Assembly: GCF_009914755.1 (NCBI RefSeq)
Contig: NC_060934.1
Strand: one strand, 5' to 3'
DNA from: the human T2T-CHM13v2.0 reference genome, Homo sapiens
DNA length: 64,000 nt
Part shown: one piece after another, positions 26,328 through 40,340 of the stretch
Layout: each line of letters begins with the position of its first letter
Position numbering within the stretch: position 1 is the first letter of the stretch
Notes under the pieces: generated by a model
Seen by the model: only the letters and a program-made list of their open reading frames with translations
The model's database searches: none
What the model was told of the DNA's origin: nothing
Made by a program: the position numbers and the translations under genes

Positions 26328-26516
26328 CAGCAATTTTCAAACCTCAATGTGGTAAGAAAACATAGAGGAGTCTGCTAAAATTGCAGCATTTCATGTCATA
26401 TCCTCAAAATATCAATTCAGTAAGTCTGGGGAGGGGCCCAGAAGTCAGCAGAATAAACAAACATTCCAGATAATTTAGGTAAAGGTAGTTATTTGATAAC
26501 GGTTTGAGAAATACTG
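26328..26516. mobile_element. MER5A-like hAT-Charlie MITE
   Basis: CAGCAATTTTCAAAC...TTTGAGAAATACTG TIRs; 189 bp; ATTCAGTAAGTCTGGGGAGGGGCCCAGAA core. Confidence 0.7.
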
Positions 26517-27250
26517 TGGGCTGCCCACAAATTGATAACAGCAAACCCTGACTCTGAAAGATTAACTGTTCTACTGATTTTTAGGTAATAAAAATGTAAA
26601 GAATTTTCAGCCTGTTTAACATGGATGGATTAAAATAGTAAAAGACAAATCATTTCTTTGTTTTCTGTTACATTTATTGATTTTTCCTATTAATTTATGT
26701 TAAATAACCATTCAGTAATTTAACAAATAATCTGTAGGTTTGCTAGAAATGTTTCCCTATCTTGGCTGATTTTCAGTGATAAGTAAAATTTAAGTTCTAC
26801 TTTCAGAAGTAAACCTTGTGATTATCCCCAAATGGTGGTGTTTAGACATGGTAATTAAAATGCAGTCATTCATTTTCCAGAGACTTCCAATGATTCGTAA
26901 ATTCAATCTAAACATAATCCTGTCAGGATTGCTTTAGCTACATTACCGATTCAGACTCTCATCTCAATTTACGTAACTGTTTATGAAGTTAGTATGTTCT
27001 ATTTTTTAGGCTACATTTCCTTTTATTTGCAGTAGTAATTATTGTAACCAATCTTGACAGCAAGTTGCAAATGAATCTCTCCACTGCTAAAGACAGTTTG
27101 TTCTTAGTATAAACAAAATCTATATATCTGCCCCAAATTCATTCATCTGCACTAAAATTTTGAATTACCAAAAAACAGATAAAATAGATAAAATAAATAA
27201 AATAAAAGCAAATTAATGTGATCCAGGTAATATATGAAACAAACTACTTT

Positions 27251-27464
27251 TTAAAAAAAATTTAAATGTAGGGTCTCACTTTGTCACGAGGCTAGAGTGC
27301 AGTGGTATGATCTCAGTTCACTGAAGCCTTGACCTCTTGGGCTCAAGTGATCCTCCTACCTCAGCCCCCCGAGTAGCTGGGACTGCAGGTGTGTACCACC
27401 ACACCGGGCTAATTTTTTCTGTATTTTTTGTAAAGATGGAGTTTTGCCATGTCACCCCAGCTGG
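27251..27464 (-). mobile_element. 5'-truncated AluJ
   Basis: Right arm plus part of the left arm; TACTTT on both flanks. Confidence 0.85.
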
Positions 27465-28149
27465 TACTTTCTGTTTTTATATCAAATTTGCTCTTATTAA
27501 TTTCTTCACTATTTCTTTAATACAGTTTTTTTAAATGATGAGCACTGCCAAATTAATAAAACTTAAATGTAAGAAGTAAAGGATTTATTTTCAAAATGAC
27601 CTAGAAAATGCGTGTGAATTGACTTCCTTCTCTCTATACTAGAGAAGTTTTCTATAAAGAAAAAAGAACTGAAGTAATTCTAAGACTAAAGACAGAAGAA
27701 AGTCTTCTTTTTCAATTGAAATATTGTTGCAAATATATTTGGAATATTCAGATTATCCCAATAAATATCCCACAGAACTCTGTATTTAGACCCAGCCTAA
27801 AATAAATTATTCTGAGGTTTCAATTATTTTAGGGTTGGTTCCTCTATTGCTGTCAAAGGAAATTCAATTCTACAAGCATTTATTGAGTATTCCATATAGA
27901 AAACATGTGCCAATTCCTGGCAGGAAAGAATAACCATGCAGGAGGGGAAAGGCCCTAAAATAAAAGTGTTTCTCAAACTAAGGGATAGAGCTAGAATTAA
28001 AAATGATTTTTCAGACTGATGCTTCCAAAGAGATAATTATATTTATATAAAGTTTCAAGAGACCATTAATTCCACCTTTATAGTAGCTAACTCATCAGTG
28101 ACATAAAAACATGAAGTCATCAGTATACTACAAATTTCAACCCTTACTG

Positions 28150-28627
28150 TTTGTCAAGTTTTGTGTGAAGGACTTGAGACATGAAAACTTAGATGTCTCC
28201 AGTATTTGTCTGAGCTACATTCCCTTTCCATATTTCTCCTGTCCTGGAGGGGCTGAAAGTCTTGAAATCAAATTGCTCCAATGGGAAGTTCTTGCAAAGG
28301 ATTTGGAAGGCAAAAGAAAAACAAAAACTGTCCTTCTCCTCCTGAAACCTATGGTATAGATGGTAGAGCTTGGTAGATCCATAGTTTTGCAGAGGTCTCA
28401 GTAGTCTAGTGGAAATTACTCCTCTTGGGGCTGCAGCAACCTCTGACAATTGGTGCTCCCTTATCTGGAAAACTTGAGTAAAACCTGAGAGCCAGGGATG
28501 ACTTTCCCTGAACTTTGCTTCTCTATCCCTTACAATAGTTTGTAAGCACTTAATTCCTTGTGCAAACTTTCCTCCTTCATAAATCCTGAAAGATTTATTT
28601 TCCAAACCCTACCTTGAGACTGATTCT
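28150..28627 (+). mobile_element. ERVL LTR (LTR33-like)
   Basis: CCAATGGGAAG...GGATTTGGAAGGC and a GAGACTGATTC-type end. Confidence 0.5.
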
Positions 28628-30477
28628 TATAAACAATTCTTTGTCCGCAATGTTTAGGCATATTTAGGCCATGTTCAGAATTAATCATCTTTTCTTTTCC
28701 TCTGGAGAATCTACAACACTAGGGTTATGTCTAAACCAAAAAAAAAATGTAATAAAAATATACTTAAATTTTGACAGATAAGTATGAAATAATTGACATG
28801 AAATGGCCCTTTATGTAGATAAAGATTCCTTAAAAACTGCGCTGAGTCAATATAAAGAATGGAATTCAAATTGACACCTTCATATTTAAGCAAGCAAATA
28901 ACCAGATTTGCTTTTATTTGAGCAGTTTATATAATTTTTTAAAAAAGCTTAAAATATTTCTAAAGATAATATGAAACATTTTTATTTTAAGTTTAATAAA
29001 TACACTTATTTTTCATAGTAAGTATACAGAGTTTTGCTGGCCTTTAGACATTATATCCATTTATGTGCTGTACCAACAAATGCTCTGATGATATCACTGT
29101 AAATTATATCCGAGTACAGATGACAGAAGAGAATCATAGATCGTAGCATATGCATGTATCCTCAAGCAGAATTTGTTATTACATTTGATAGAGAAGCAAG
29201 TTAAACTTTAATCCCTACAGTGTTCTTTGGATGGTCTTGCTTTTGTTTATTTATTCTAGCATGAAAGTGTAAAATATTGTCTATATCCTTAAGGATCTCA
29301 AGCTTATTTTCAAAATCCTCATTTTGTTATTCTATAGCCTGACTCAATTCAGCTCAAAGAAACACATTCCCTTAGGTGTTATAATGGTTAGTGTACAAAT
29401 TATTTGACAACTTGGTCATACAGCTGTAGTAACATAGATACGCTCTCTTTCAGTACATATCCAGGATGTATAGCTCCATCAAAAAGAGAAATGGCAGTAA
29501 TATAAGAACACGTGTAGTAAATGGGGCAGTTTAGCAAAGCGTTTAGCGATGATTTTGCTAGAGATTGCAGTAGAAGGAACAAAAATTTCACGTATCATGC
29601 CTGCAGTAATCTTTCTTGTAAACATTTACAATGAGGTGGTTAAAGGACCATTTGGTCTTTATGCCTGCCATTTCACCATTTAAGGCTTTGTACACTAACT
29701 TTTCGGCAGCAAATGATTATGGTTTAGAAGACAACAACATTTTAATGTATTGTAATGTATTTTTAAGAAAAGAGCAGAATGTAATTTATCTATGGTAAAT
29801 GTGATAATTTGAGAGTATTTGTTATCTAGAAAATCCTATTACAACCACTAATTTGAAGTACACAAGACAAGTCAAATTTTGGATTTTTAATGTAAATGAT
29901 CTTTATATGTTAGGCACTATATTTACAACTGTATTTAATGTTCAAAAAACAAGTTCAATTTCTGAGTTAAATGTATGATTTGCAATCATTTTTTGAAGCA
30001 AGAGATAATTTACATATATAACACAAAAGGACATATTTAAAAGTATATTTGTTGTAATTTCTAAATCATTCACTATTTATATGAGCTATGGGATATAAGT
30101 TACAATACCTTGCTAAATCTACTGAATTTTCAAGCTTAAAGTAGTCTTCATTTGTAGTGAATGCCTTTTTCTCTAATTAAACAGAAAAATTCAGAGTCAA
30201 ATCTTTGAAGTGTGTGTCCATATGTAATATACTCAGAGATTATCAGGCAAGCCACTTACTGTAGATGAAAGCCTAAGGGAGGTGACTTAAATATAGTGCT
30301 CAGTTGGAACAGAAGGTGGAAAAAGGGGTAGAGACCTGTAAGTTCCCCATAGTTGAGGAGGTGGTCCAAATTAACACGGTGGGGGTTGGAATTTTCCTCT
30401 GGAAAATTAATATAGAGAAATATGTGGGAAAAGTCAGAGGTTTGGTGCATCAGTTTTTAGAACAAAGAGATAATCTA

Positions 30478-30763
30478 GGCTGGGCGCAGTGGTTCACACC
30501 TGTAATCCCAGCACTTTGGCAGGCCGAGGTGGGAGGATCCTTGAGCTCAGGAGTTCCAGACCAGCCTGAACAACATAGTGAGAGCTCGTCTCTACTAAAA
30601 AGCAAAAAAAAGTAGCCAGGCACGGTGGTATTTTCCTGTAATGCCAGCTACATGGGAGGACTCTTTGAGCCCAGGAAGCAGAGGTTGCTGTGTGAGCTGT
30701 GATAGCATCACTGCACTTTAGCCAGGCAACAGAGCAAGATCCTGTCTCAAAAAATAAAAAAAA
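30478..30763 (+). mobile_element. AluJ
   Basis: GGGAGGATCCTTGAGCTCAGGAGTT; J-type right arm with a short deletion. Confidence 0.9.
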
Positions 30764-31804
30764 GGCAGCATAGCTGCCCCAGATTTCAGATCCAACGTAG
30801 ATGTTATGCTATGCCAGACGAAGGCTTTTTTTTTTTTTTCCCCACAGACCCATGTATTTCATTGAGAACAGAGAAAAAAAATGCAGGCACATCATTTACA
30901 ATGGAAAAATAAGTGAAGCCCCCTTGGCTTAGAACTACTTTCTCTGAAAAGATTTGATAAACACATCTTCCAGGAGCTGGTATTTGAAGAACCGTATTTT
31001 GGTTTATTGGTCTTAATAAGTATCTCTGATGTGGCACCTCGTATCTTTCTCCAGAAAACGTTCTTTCTGAAACACAAAAAATAAATAAATGGTTATAGGT
31101 TATCTCTTTAAAATGCAAGAGTTTTATGAAGCTTTAACTGTATTTTGTAGTACTTGTTTTCAGTTTTTGAACTCTGTACTAGTGTATCTTATCCTCTTCT
31201 GATATATTCTTTTCTCTTTCTTTCCAAGGTCTTTTCTGGAGTCTGTTTTCTATAGAACAGTATGTCCTTCTGAAAATGGTAGTGGCCAGGTCTCTTACCT
31301 GGGTTGCAATGTTGGAGAGATTATAACATTTTCTGTCCTTGAGTTAGCTTTATATATAACTCTGTTCCCTCTGGAAGTTTAAAATTATCCTCCAAAAAAA
31401 AACATAAGCTTTCAATTCTTTTAGTATTCTTTCTAAAAAGTCAATTTTGGATACACCAAATTGACTCGAAGATTTCCCACCAAAAAATTATTTTAAAACC
31501 CTTTTTTTGTTCACTTAAACCTACACACTCCTTCAGAGTAAAATTTTTGACCTGAGTTCTCCAAATGCTGTCATTATTCTTTTATTATCTACTCATAATC
31601 TAGAATCACACCATGGAGTCCATTAATTTTTTAGATATTTTGGAATTTATTTCTCAACTTGTTGCTCACTCAGATAAATTATCCTTGTTGTTAGGAGGGT
31701 TTCCAAGGAAAAAAATAATAGTACATATAATATCTCAGAAAGTTTAAGAAAATCGGGGCTAGCCTTTGGTGCTTAGAATTATATTTCATACCTATCACAT
31801 ATTT

Positions 31805-31847
31805 CATCATTTTTTTTTTTGAGACGGAGTCTCACTCTTGTCGCCCT
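31805..31847 (-). mobile_element. Extremely 5'-truncated Alu (26-nt body plus tail)
   Basis: GGGCGACAAGAGTGAGACTCCGTCTC(A)n on minus; TSD TATCA(CA/TG)TATTT at 31793-31804 and 31848-31859. Confidence 0.8.
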
Positions 31848-32367
31848 TATCATGTATTTTTAATTAAAATAATTAGATTTAGACATGTATGGGTATTTGA
31901 GTTCTCTTGCTACACATTGTCTTAAATGGCCAACTTTTTCCAACATCTATGTGCTGTTTAGATATTTCCATTCTAAGATTATTATTCAATTCTTTGGTAG
32001 TCTTGTTTTTCTTATGCTGAGTAGTGTACCTCATTTCACTTACATTGGCCTTCAATAGTAACTTTTGGGCTATTTTTCTTGTTGGCCAATGGATGTCATG
32101 GAGTAAGTTCTTTCTAAGGGACCACAACTGGCAAGCAAGTCACTTTTTTCAGATGAAATCTGTTTTAATTGACCTTTGAGGCTTTATCTGATTCACAAAA
32201 ATGATGGATTTTTCATCTCCATGGTGGATTCTAATTCTAACTTCATAGGTTTTGCAGTTGCCCTGGTGGCCCCATATGAAACCAGATCCTCTGAGTGTGA
32301 ACAAGTCATAAGATAACGAATTTAAAATCTAGGGCAGGGAGATGGCTGAGACCATAGAAGCCAATAG

Positions 32368-32800
32368 TGATGCAGGATTTTTTGCTCCTTAGCTCAGTTA
32401 AATTTGGGTTCTTGTCTCATGACCAGGGAGAATTAGGCACTCAGGCACATTGAAGGGTGAGGAGGGTGGAATTTATTAAGTGAAAGGAAAACTCTCAGCA
32501 AAGAGGAGGGAGTCCTGTAGGCAGGTTTTCACCTCCCCAATTGAATACTAGGGCCACAATACAGGAGCTGAAGAGGCCAGGCTCCTCCCTTGCATAAGAC
32601 ACAAATTCCTGGTGGCTCCACCCCATTCCCCCAGTGGATGTGGGCCTCCAGTTCTCTGCAGGCATGCCCGGGCAGATCCCCTGTGCAGGTTCCCTTATCT
32701 GCACAAATCTTCTGGCGTAAGCACTTGTGGGACAGGTTGGAGATTCTCCAAGGACCCTCCTCTGTCTGCCTAGGCATTTGGCTGTCTTTGGCCTCTATCA
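32368..32800 (-). mobile_element. ERV1 solo LTR (MER50-like)
   Basis: Minus strand starts TGATAGAGGC...CCAAATGCCTAGGCAGA and ends CCTGCATCA; AATAAA present; flanks ATAG/GTAG. Confidence 0.75.
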
Positions 32801-32889
32801 GTAGGGCATGGCCACTGTAGCAAGTGTGGCAAAGGGCTGGCCTGAAGCCTGAGTCCTTACTTTCTTCCTTAAACTCAGCTATAAGTGCT

Positions 32890-34335
32890 CAAAGAGATCT
32901 CACCAAAAACACAATAAATATATCCATATGGAATAACACAAAATGTTCCAATAATACAAAAGGAGATTGGAAGAGGAAAGAAACTAATTTTTTTTTAAAA
33001 AAAGAGGGAACAAGTATAAAACAAGGAATAATATGGTGGACCTAAATCCAAACATGTCATTAATTACTTTGAATGCAAACTGTCTAAAAATGCTAATTAA
33101 AAAAGAGATGCTGTCAGATTAGATTAAAAGTAAGACCCAACAATATACTGTTTATAAGAAACTCACTTCATATGTTATGTAATAAGTAGGTTACAAGAAG
33201 AATGGGGAAAATATGCTATGCAAATACTAAATAAAAAGCTGTAGTGGCTTTAATAATATCAGATTAGACTTCAGAAAAAAGAAAATTACCAAGTATGAAG
33301 AGGCGTATTACACAGTGAAAAAAGGGGCTATTCACCAGGAAGGCATAGCAATCCAAAATAAGTATGTACACATGTACACACACACACACAAACACACAGA
33401 AATGACAGAAGCAATATAATAATCCAAATTTTAGTTAGAGAGTTCAGTGCTCCTTTCTCAGAGATAGAACAGACAGAAAATCAGCAAGGTCATAGAACTA
33501 AAACCACCGTCACTTCAACTGGATCTAACCGACATTTATAGGTGCACTACATCCTCCAACAGCAAACTATTCTCTTTAAGTGCACCTGCATTATGCACCA
33601 AGGTAGACCATGTCATAGGTCATAACACAACCATGACAAATTCAAAATAATAGAAATCATAGACAGTATGTTCTCTGACCATAATGGAAGTAAACTAGAA
33701 AAAAATACTGGAATAACTCCAGATGCTTGAAAATTTAACATGCTTCTCTGTCAAACATTGATTAAATACAAATTCTCAAGGGAAATTTAAAATACTTTGA
33801 ACTGCAAAAAAATGAGAATATGGCATAGCAAAGTTTGTGGGATACCATGGAAGTAGTGACTAGAAGGATATGTATTATATTAAAACGCTCATAAAAGAAA
33901 AATATATATCCAATCTAAAATTTGAGCTTTCACTTTAAAAAAAGCAGAGCAAAATAAACCCAGAGAAAGGTGAGAGAAGGAAATAAGGACAAAAATGAAT
34001 AAAATTGGAAAAAGGAAGACGACTGAGAAAATCAACAACACTAAAAGATGATTCTTTAAAAAGAACAGCAAAATTGATAAACCTGTAGCAAAATTGACAA
34101 AGGTAAAAAGAGAAAAAATACAAATTGCCAATATCAGGAATAAAACCAGGATTTCATTACAGATTCTGTGGCCACTAAAAGGATAAAAAGAAATATGAAA
34201 AACTATATGCATTATTGCAACTACCTACATGAAATGGATTAATTCCTTGAAAACCGCACACTACCAAGATTCAACTATATGAACTGAATTATCTGAATAG
34301 CCTTATAATTACTAAAGAAATTCAATCTATAATTA
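32890..34335 (+). mobile_element. Old L1M (MC/MD-like) ORF2 5' region
   Basis: GACCCAACAATATACTGTTTATAAGAAACTCACTTC, TTCTCTGACCATAATGGAAGTAAACTAGAAA, AAAATTGATAAACCTGTAGC. Confidence 0.8.
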
Positions 34336-34587
34336 GGGAATGGGGTATTAGGTTAACATATTTTCAGAACTAAAAGGAGACATGAGAAGAAATCAAAGCT
34401 AGACACTGCCATTTAATCAAGACTTTTCTACCAATCGTTTTATTGCTATACAAAATTAGTAGAAAAATAACAGACCATAGAAATCTATGTTTTTACATTG
34501 TGTGTATCATAATTTTACTTATTTAAAAATTATTCTTGAAGAGCAGATTTAATCATGAATATACTAAGGACCAAAGCAATTTAACAT

Positions 34588-34695
34588 GAGTTTGTGAGAT
34601 AAAATATGGAATGTCTAGTTTGATGTAAATTTCGGAGAAACAATGAATAATATTTTTAGAATGAATATATTCCATGAGACATTTGTAACACATAC
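34588..34695. mobile_element. Half of a MER53-like hAT MITE
   Basis: AGATAAAATA...AATTTCGGAGAAACAATGAATAATATTTTTAG resembles a MER53 arm. Confidence 0.45.
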
Positions 34696-35475
34696 CAAAT
34701 AAATACAAACACACACCAAATCAAAAACTCAAAATTAAGTAGAATCTGATAAAGAAGAAAGATTTTCATAAAGTATTTCACCTAGAAATTTCAGGAAGTC
34801 CAAAATGTATGAATGATCTACATGGGAAATGTTCTATTTTTAATAGATGATGCATAGAATAAAAAAAAAAAAAAAGCACTTCCAAAATACGAACTAGTCT
34901 TCTTAAGATTGATGATATTATAATCAATCATAAATCATATGATTAAGAATAGATTGTATTTAAATTCTGGGAAAAAGCACTACTAAACAATAAAAATCAA
35001 GAAGTGGCCAAAAATAGTTATTCCTTGGCTATAAATTACTCTACAGTATTTGGAAACAAATGACAATATCTGACATATTTTCAATGTCCCGATGTAGCAG
35101 AGATACAGTCAATGCAGGTTCTCACATATTTTAAATGACTCACAATAAATCAGCTGTTACAGTTTCTGGTTCTTTGTGGGCACTCTGTTTTCTAACATCT
35201 AGATTAAAATGCAAGATCCTGTGACTCTTCTAACTTGTTTCTGGGAAAAACAATCAACAAGTCATGAACTCAGTTTCTAGTTAGATGGTGAACTCTCTGA
35301 ATGAGTTTATGAATCACGGGCTCACTCTACTCACCTGTAAAATAAGTAGAATTAGGTTCATTCTGTGTTTCTTAAATAGAGGGTGAAGTGCCGGTGCAAC
35401 TAAGAAATAATATTTCAGGATATGCCAAAAGCCATAGAATAAATATAGGGCATCTTGCTAAAATATAGAATGAAT

Positions 35476-35841
<366 letters not shown>

Positions 35842-36655
35842 TTAGTTGCACAAAGTCCTGGTGTGCTAATTTTTAGAGAAGTTAATATATCAAATGAAAT
35901 ATGAAATAAGAAAATGTCATTCAGTAAAAGCATTATTCAAGTGTTAGAATACCATGGGGCATGCTTGTTATGAAAGTGTAACCAGAGATGTCAGTTAAAT
36001 TGTCTACTAGAATAGTGAGTATTGTTGATTATACACAAAGTTTTTGGTTTGGCTAGTGGGGAGTTAAAGCTTGGGTATAAAGCTAAATGTTCTGGACACA
36101 AGAAAGTTAGCCTCACTCTGAGTGCTGTAACTAAATCACCTCCTTCTCTGATTCGCCCCAAGCAAAATCAAAGGTGCTGAATGCGATCATGACATATTGA
36201 TGTTAAGAACTGCAAAATTATTTCCACATGGAAATAATTTATAACAAGTTTATAAATTACTAAATTATCTGGCTTGACTAGTCTGAAACATCAATAGACT
36301 TACACAACAAAATGCAAAACAGACATGGTTTTTTAAATGTCTAAGTATTAAGAGAAATTTCTCCCATAGCCCTTTAACACTCTGTCCTCAGAGGTTCAGG
36401 ATGCTAATTGATTCTTAGCATCGCCTTGTAGACACTCTATAAATTCCCCTCTGTTGGATGACTTGTTTCCTTGCTTTGCTAATTTTATACAATCACAACA
36501 TGCCAAACTTGTGAGATAACATTTGAAATTAAAAACAGTAAGTTTAGGAAAAGAAGAGGAGATCTGTTTTATAAAAAATCATTCAGTGACTTTGTGTTGT
36601 TGAGCTTTTTAAAAAGTATTCTTTTCTCTGCTTATTAATTTTAAACAAAGATCTA

Positions 36656-37095
36656 TATTGACCTAAAAGGAAGAGGCTGAGGCACAAAATATAATTTAAA
36701 GAGTTTACTTGACCCAAAGTGAGGGCAGCTACCCAAAAAACTCATACCCAAGTAACTTTGGATATGAGCTCTGTTTGGCCTATGATACAAAAAAGAGGGA
36801 CAGGCAGTGGGCTGCTACAGAGTTTTCATTTGTCAGAAATTCACAGTGATTTATAGAAATAATATTAATTGGTGGTTGGATATACATTATTGATCTATAG
36901 GGTATGGGTTATAGTGTCCAATGTGGCACTGTTAGGTTAATGAGTAGCTACTTGTGACAATAGCAGGCAGTTTCAAGAGATAAATATGTAGCTGAAGGGG
37001 GGAAGTAGGATATGATTGCTGTCTGATTTTAGTGTCCCTCCGGTCCTGATTGTTTAAAAAAAAATCACATTCCTCAGATAAAAGTTCTTTTCTCA
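36656..37095 (-). mobile_element. ERV1 solo LTR (MER4-group)
   Basis: Minus strand starts TGAGAAAAGAACTTTTATCTGAGGAATGTG and ends CCTTTTAGGTCAATA; flanks TCTA/CCTA. Confidence 0.7.
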
Positions 37096-39465
37096 CCTAA
37101 TTAGAACTAATGTAAAGACATAACCAAAGTAATACCTGAAATATAAAGATTTTATGTGTTTAGTTTACAATATAAAGGAATTCGTGGAGCATCGAGATAA
37201 ATTTTGTATTTTGATGTGGAATGAAAAAGGGGATATCACATTTTATTTAAAGTCTTTACATATTTTATTCATATGGTTCTCTGATTCTCTTTCTTCTTTC
37301 TGATTAGGGAATAACAAACTAAATATTAAATATTTCTGTTCATCTTTGAATATTTTAAACCAAATTCACTCTGATTTATTTCATCTATGCCGTTTTGCCT
37401 AAAGAAAACCAAGGACAACTTTGGTTCTACTTGAAATTTATGGGTTCATTAAAAGAAATCGTTAAAATGTCTCGGATAATTTTGTTATAGGAAACAAGAT
37501 GACCTAAAATTTCCTAAGGTATTTATTGCCTTGTCTACCACTTCTTGAGACAGTTTTCAAAACATAGAGATCTCAAAGTAATTCACTTTCAAACCATTTT
37601 TCCTCTTAGTCTCAAATCTTTTCATCATGTGTATTAGTCTCTGTGTCATGATGGCTAGGTTGCCAGTGTTTTCTTTAACAAAGAGTACATAATTATGTAT
37701 GTTGGCCTTTGCCCATATATTTACCTGGAATGCAAATATACGATCTGAATCATTTTCATTAGACAGAACATGGGTAAACAGAAAGTAGCTATGGGGTAGT
37801 GGTACAATTTAACAGGAATAAATCAGTGAATCCGAGAACTAAAGAACCGTCCAACTTTCATGTGGCCTGGGTTCCTAACGTTCATGCACAGATGAATGAC
37901 CCAAACAGCTACAGCACATAATAGAGCCATCATACAAAATGCATGTCCTTACAACTCTTGAAAATCTGGGACTTTACATCTTTATCAGAATTCTGTTGCT
38001 GAGGAGGGCAGTTTTGTTTGTAGTTCAATCTTCAGACAGCATCACTGTATAATATCAAATATGATAGCAGAACTACATCTTTTAACTCTTTATATCCTTA
38101 TCACCTGGCTTAAAATAAGTACATAATATGTTTATGTTTATGATGGCACGATGTACCTGTTGATTTAAATAATGGCTAGTTATGTCACATGTGTGGGGAC
38201 TGTGAGAGAATTAACCCTGTTTCTTGATGCAACTCAGGTTATTTAAATCAACTCAGGTTATTGGAATCATTTTATCTAAGGGGAAGATTCTTCGGTAAAA
38301 TAAAAGAAATAACTGAGAATCCTCATGGCATTAATTTCTTCATGAATTACTTTAGAATTTTGTTTTGTATTTCTTCTAATGACTATGTTTAAGGAATAAG
38401 AAATCAATCTGAGAAAGCCAAGAGTGTTGGGAAACATAGGCCTGGACTGCCCGATTTTGGCAACTTATCAATTACAAATGGCATCTTCAGTGCCTTTGTC
38501 TCCCTCTCCTTCGCTGTTGTTCCCTTTGTAAAGGGAAGAATCAGTGGAACATGGAATAGGTCCTAGTAATACAGTTTAGCGTTATTTTTCAGGCTACATA
38601 TGAAGCCATAAACTTCTAAAACCTAATTCCTGTGACAAAGCTTGTAAAAAGAAGGTACAATAGTGCATCATAAATCCAACCTTCTGCCACTGACTGAAGC
38701 AGAAGGAAATCTGGTACAATTTAATCTGCTTTAGTTACAAGGTTAAGAATGTAATCTTGTGAAAAACAAATCTATAATCAGAATTAAAATTCAGTGTTCT
38801 TAAAATAAAGAGCTTTGTGATAGAAAATTATAGAAGAGCTTTTTCAAGAAGTCTTAATGTCCACCATATTTATTTCTTTAAATGATTCAGTTGGGGGGTT
38901 TGAAAGTATCTCTGAGATGTAATACACCTAAATTTTGATTATTTAAAATTTCTAATTGTAAAAGAAGTTATTGAAGATATAGCACCTAACTACAAATTTG
39001 AAAGTAATGTTTCTCCTAATCAGGCTTACTTTTTAGGTCTTTGCAATAACAAATGCTTTGAGAAGTTATGTATCAGTTTATGCAGACATAGTAGGAATTA
39101 TCTTTATGGTTAAATCAGGATTTCCTGAAGCAGTTACTCTTTTGGATTTGTTTCTTTATTTTTTACCATTTTTGCTTCCTGACTGAAAATATTTTTAGTC
39201 AAAATGTATATTGTTTTCATGAAGGTGGTCAAAATAGAAGCTTAGAATTTAATTAATTCTCACCTTACATATATTTTACATCTTTCCTAGAACTGAACAA
39301 AGGGCTTTGCACCAAAGATTAGATTATTAAAAAAAAAAACAAAACAGAACAAATCAGAAACTAGTCAGGACAGGGTTGGATTGTAGTGTTGCTTGTGTGC
39401 TAGAAATTCCTTCACTGGTTTAGTACACTCAACACAAGTATGACTACATTTTCAGTGTTTGTCTG

Positions 39466-39790
39466 TTTTTTCTTTTTTAGAGATTGGTTCTTACTTTGTC
39501 TCCCAGGCTAGAGTTCAGTGGTGTGATCACAGCTCTCTGTAGCCTCAAACTCCTGGGCTCAAGCAATCTTCCTGCCTCAGCCTCTCAAGTTGTTAGGACT
39601 ACAGACAAGTGCCACTGTGCCCAGCTATATTTTTTCTTTTCTTTTCTTCTCTTTTTTTTTTTTTTTTTTTTTTTTTGAGACAAGGTCTTGCTATTTTGCC
39701 CATGCTGGTGTCAAACTACTGTCTCAAGAGATTCTCCCACCTTGGCCTCCCAAAGTGCAGGAATTGAGGGCACAAGCCACTGTGCCTTGC
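39466..39790 (-). mobile_element. AluJ with expanded middle A-rich tract
   Basis: J-type arms; ~45-nt T-rich linker at 39630-39676. Confidence 0.9.
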
Positions 39791-39824
39791 TTCTGTGCTG
39801 TTTAAATAAAATCCATATCATACT

Positions 39825-40340
39825 TGTGGCAGATTATATTTTTCAAAAATGATTGTGCTGACATTTCGATGCTATATGCTATTCCAGAACCTTGCAACAC
39901 TTCTATCAAAAGGTGGAATTTATTTACCCCCTCACTGAATTTGGATGGTACTTTGTAACCCTTTCAGACATTACCCCTTTCACCTTCTGAGGCTCATGAC
40001 CTCATGACTCTTCCACAATGCTTGCCCTTGGAACACAGCCACTCTATTGTGAGGAAGCCTATATCACATGGAAGGCCATATGTGGATGTCCTGGCAGACA
40101 GCCCCAGTTAAGGTCTCAGCTGACATCCAGCCTCTACCACCATACATGTGAGTAAGTAAAGTTTCAGAAGATCCTACTGCCCAGCTTCTTGTGGCACTAG
40201 CTGATGCCAAGAATAGTAGAGATGAACTATCTCCACTGAGCACTAACCAGATTACAGATTTGTGAGCAAAGTAAATGACTATTGTTTCAGGCCACTAAGT
40301 TTTGGGGTAGTTATTTTCATAGATATAGGCAACTGAGTCA
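39825..40340 (+). mobile_element. MaLR solo LTR (MLT1H-like)
   Basis: TGTGGCAGATTATATT start; GTGAGGAAGCC; CCACTAAGTTTTGGGGTAGTT end. Confidence 0.75.

Noticed and set aside
28189-28605. 138-aa minus-strand ORF
   Set aside because: Lies within an LTR33-like element, starts at a non-ATG codon, and has no recognisable domain.
29060-29200. Possible box C/D snoRNA (TGATGA at 29086; short resemblance, from memory, to part of SNORD47)
   Set aside because: No downstream CTGA box D at a suitable distance, no terminal stem, and the match is only ~16 nt.
31160-32150. Possible unique exon-bearing region (82-aa ORF at 31879-32127, minus)
   Set aside because: Composition resembles a very old L1/HAL1 ORF1 relic; no splice-bounded coding exon was recognisable and I could not assign it confidently.
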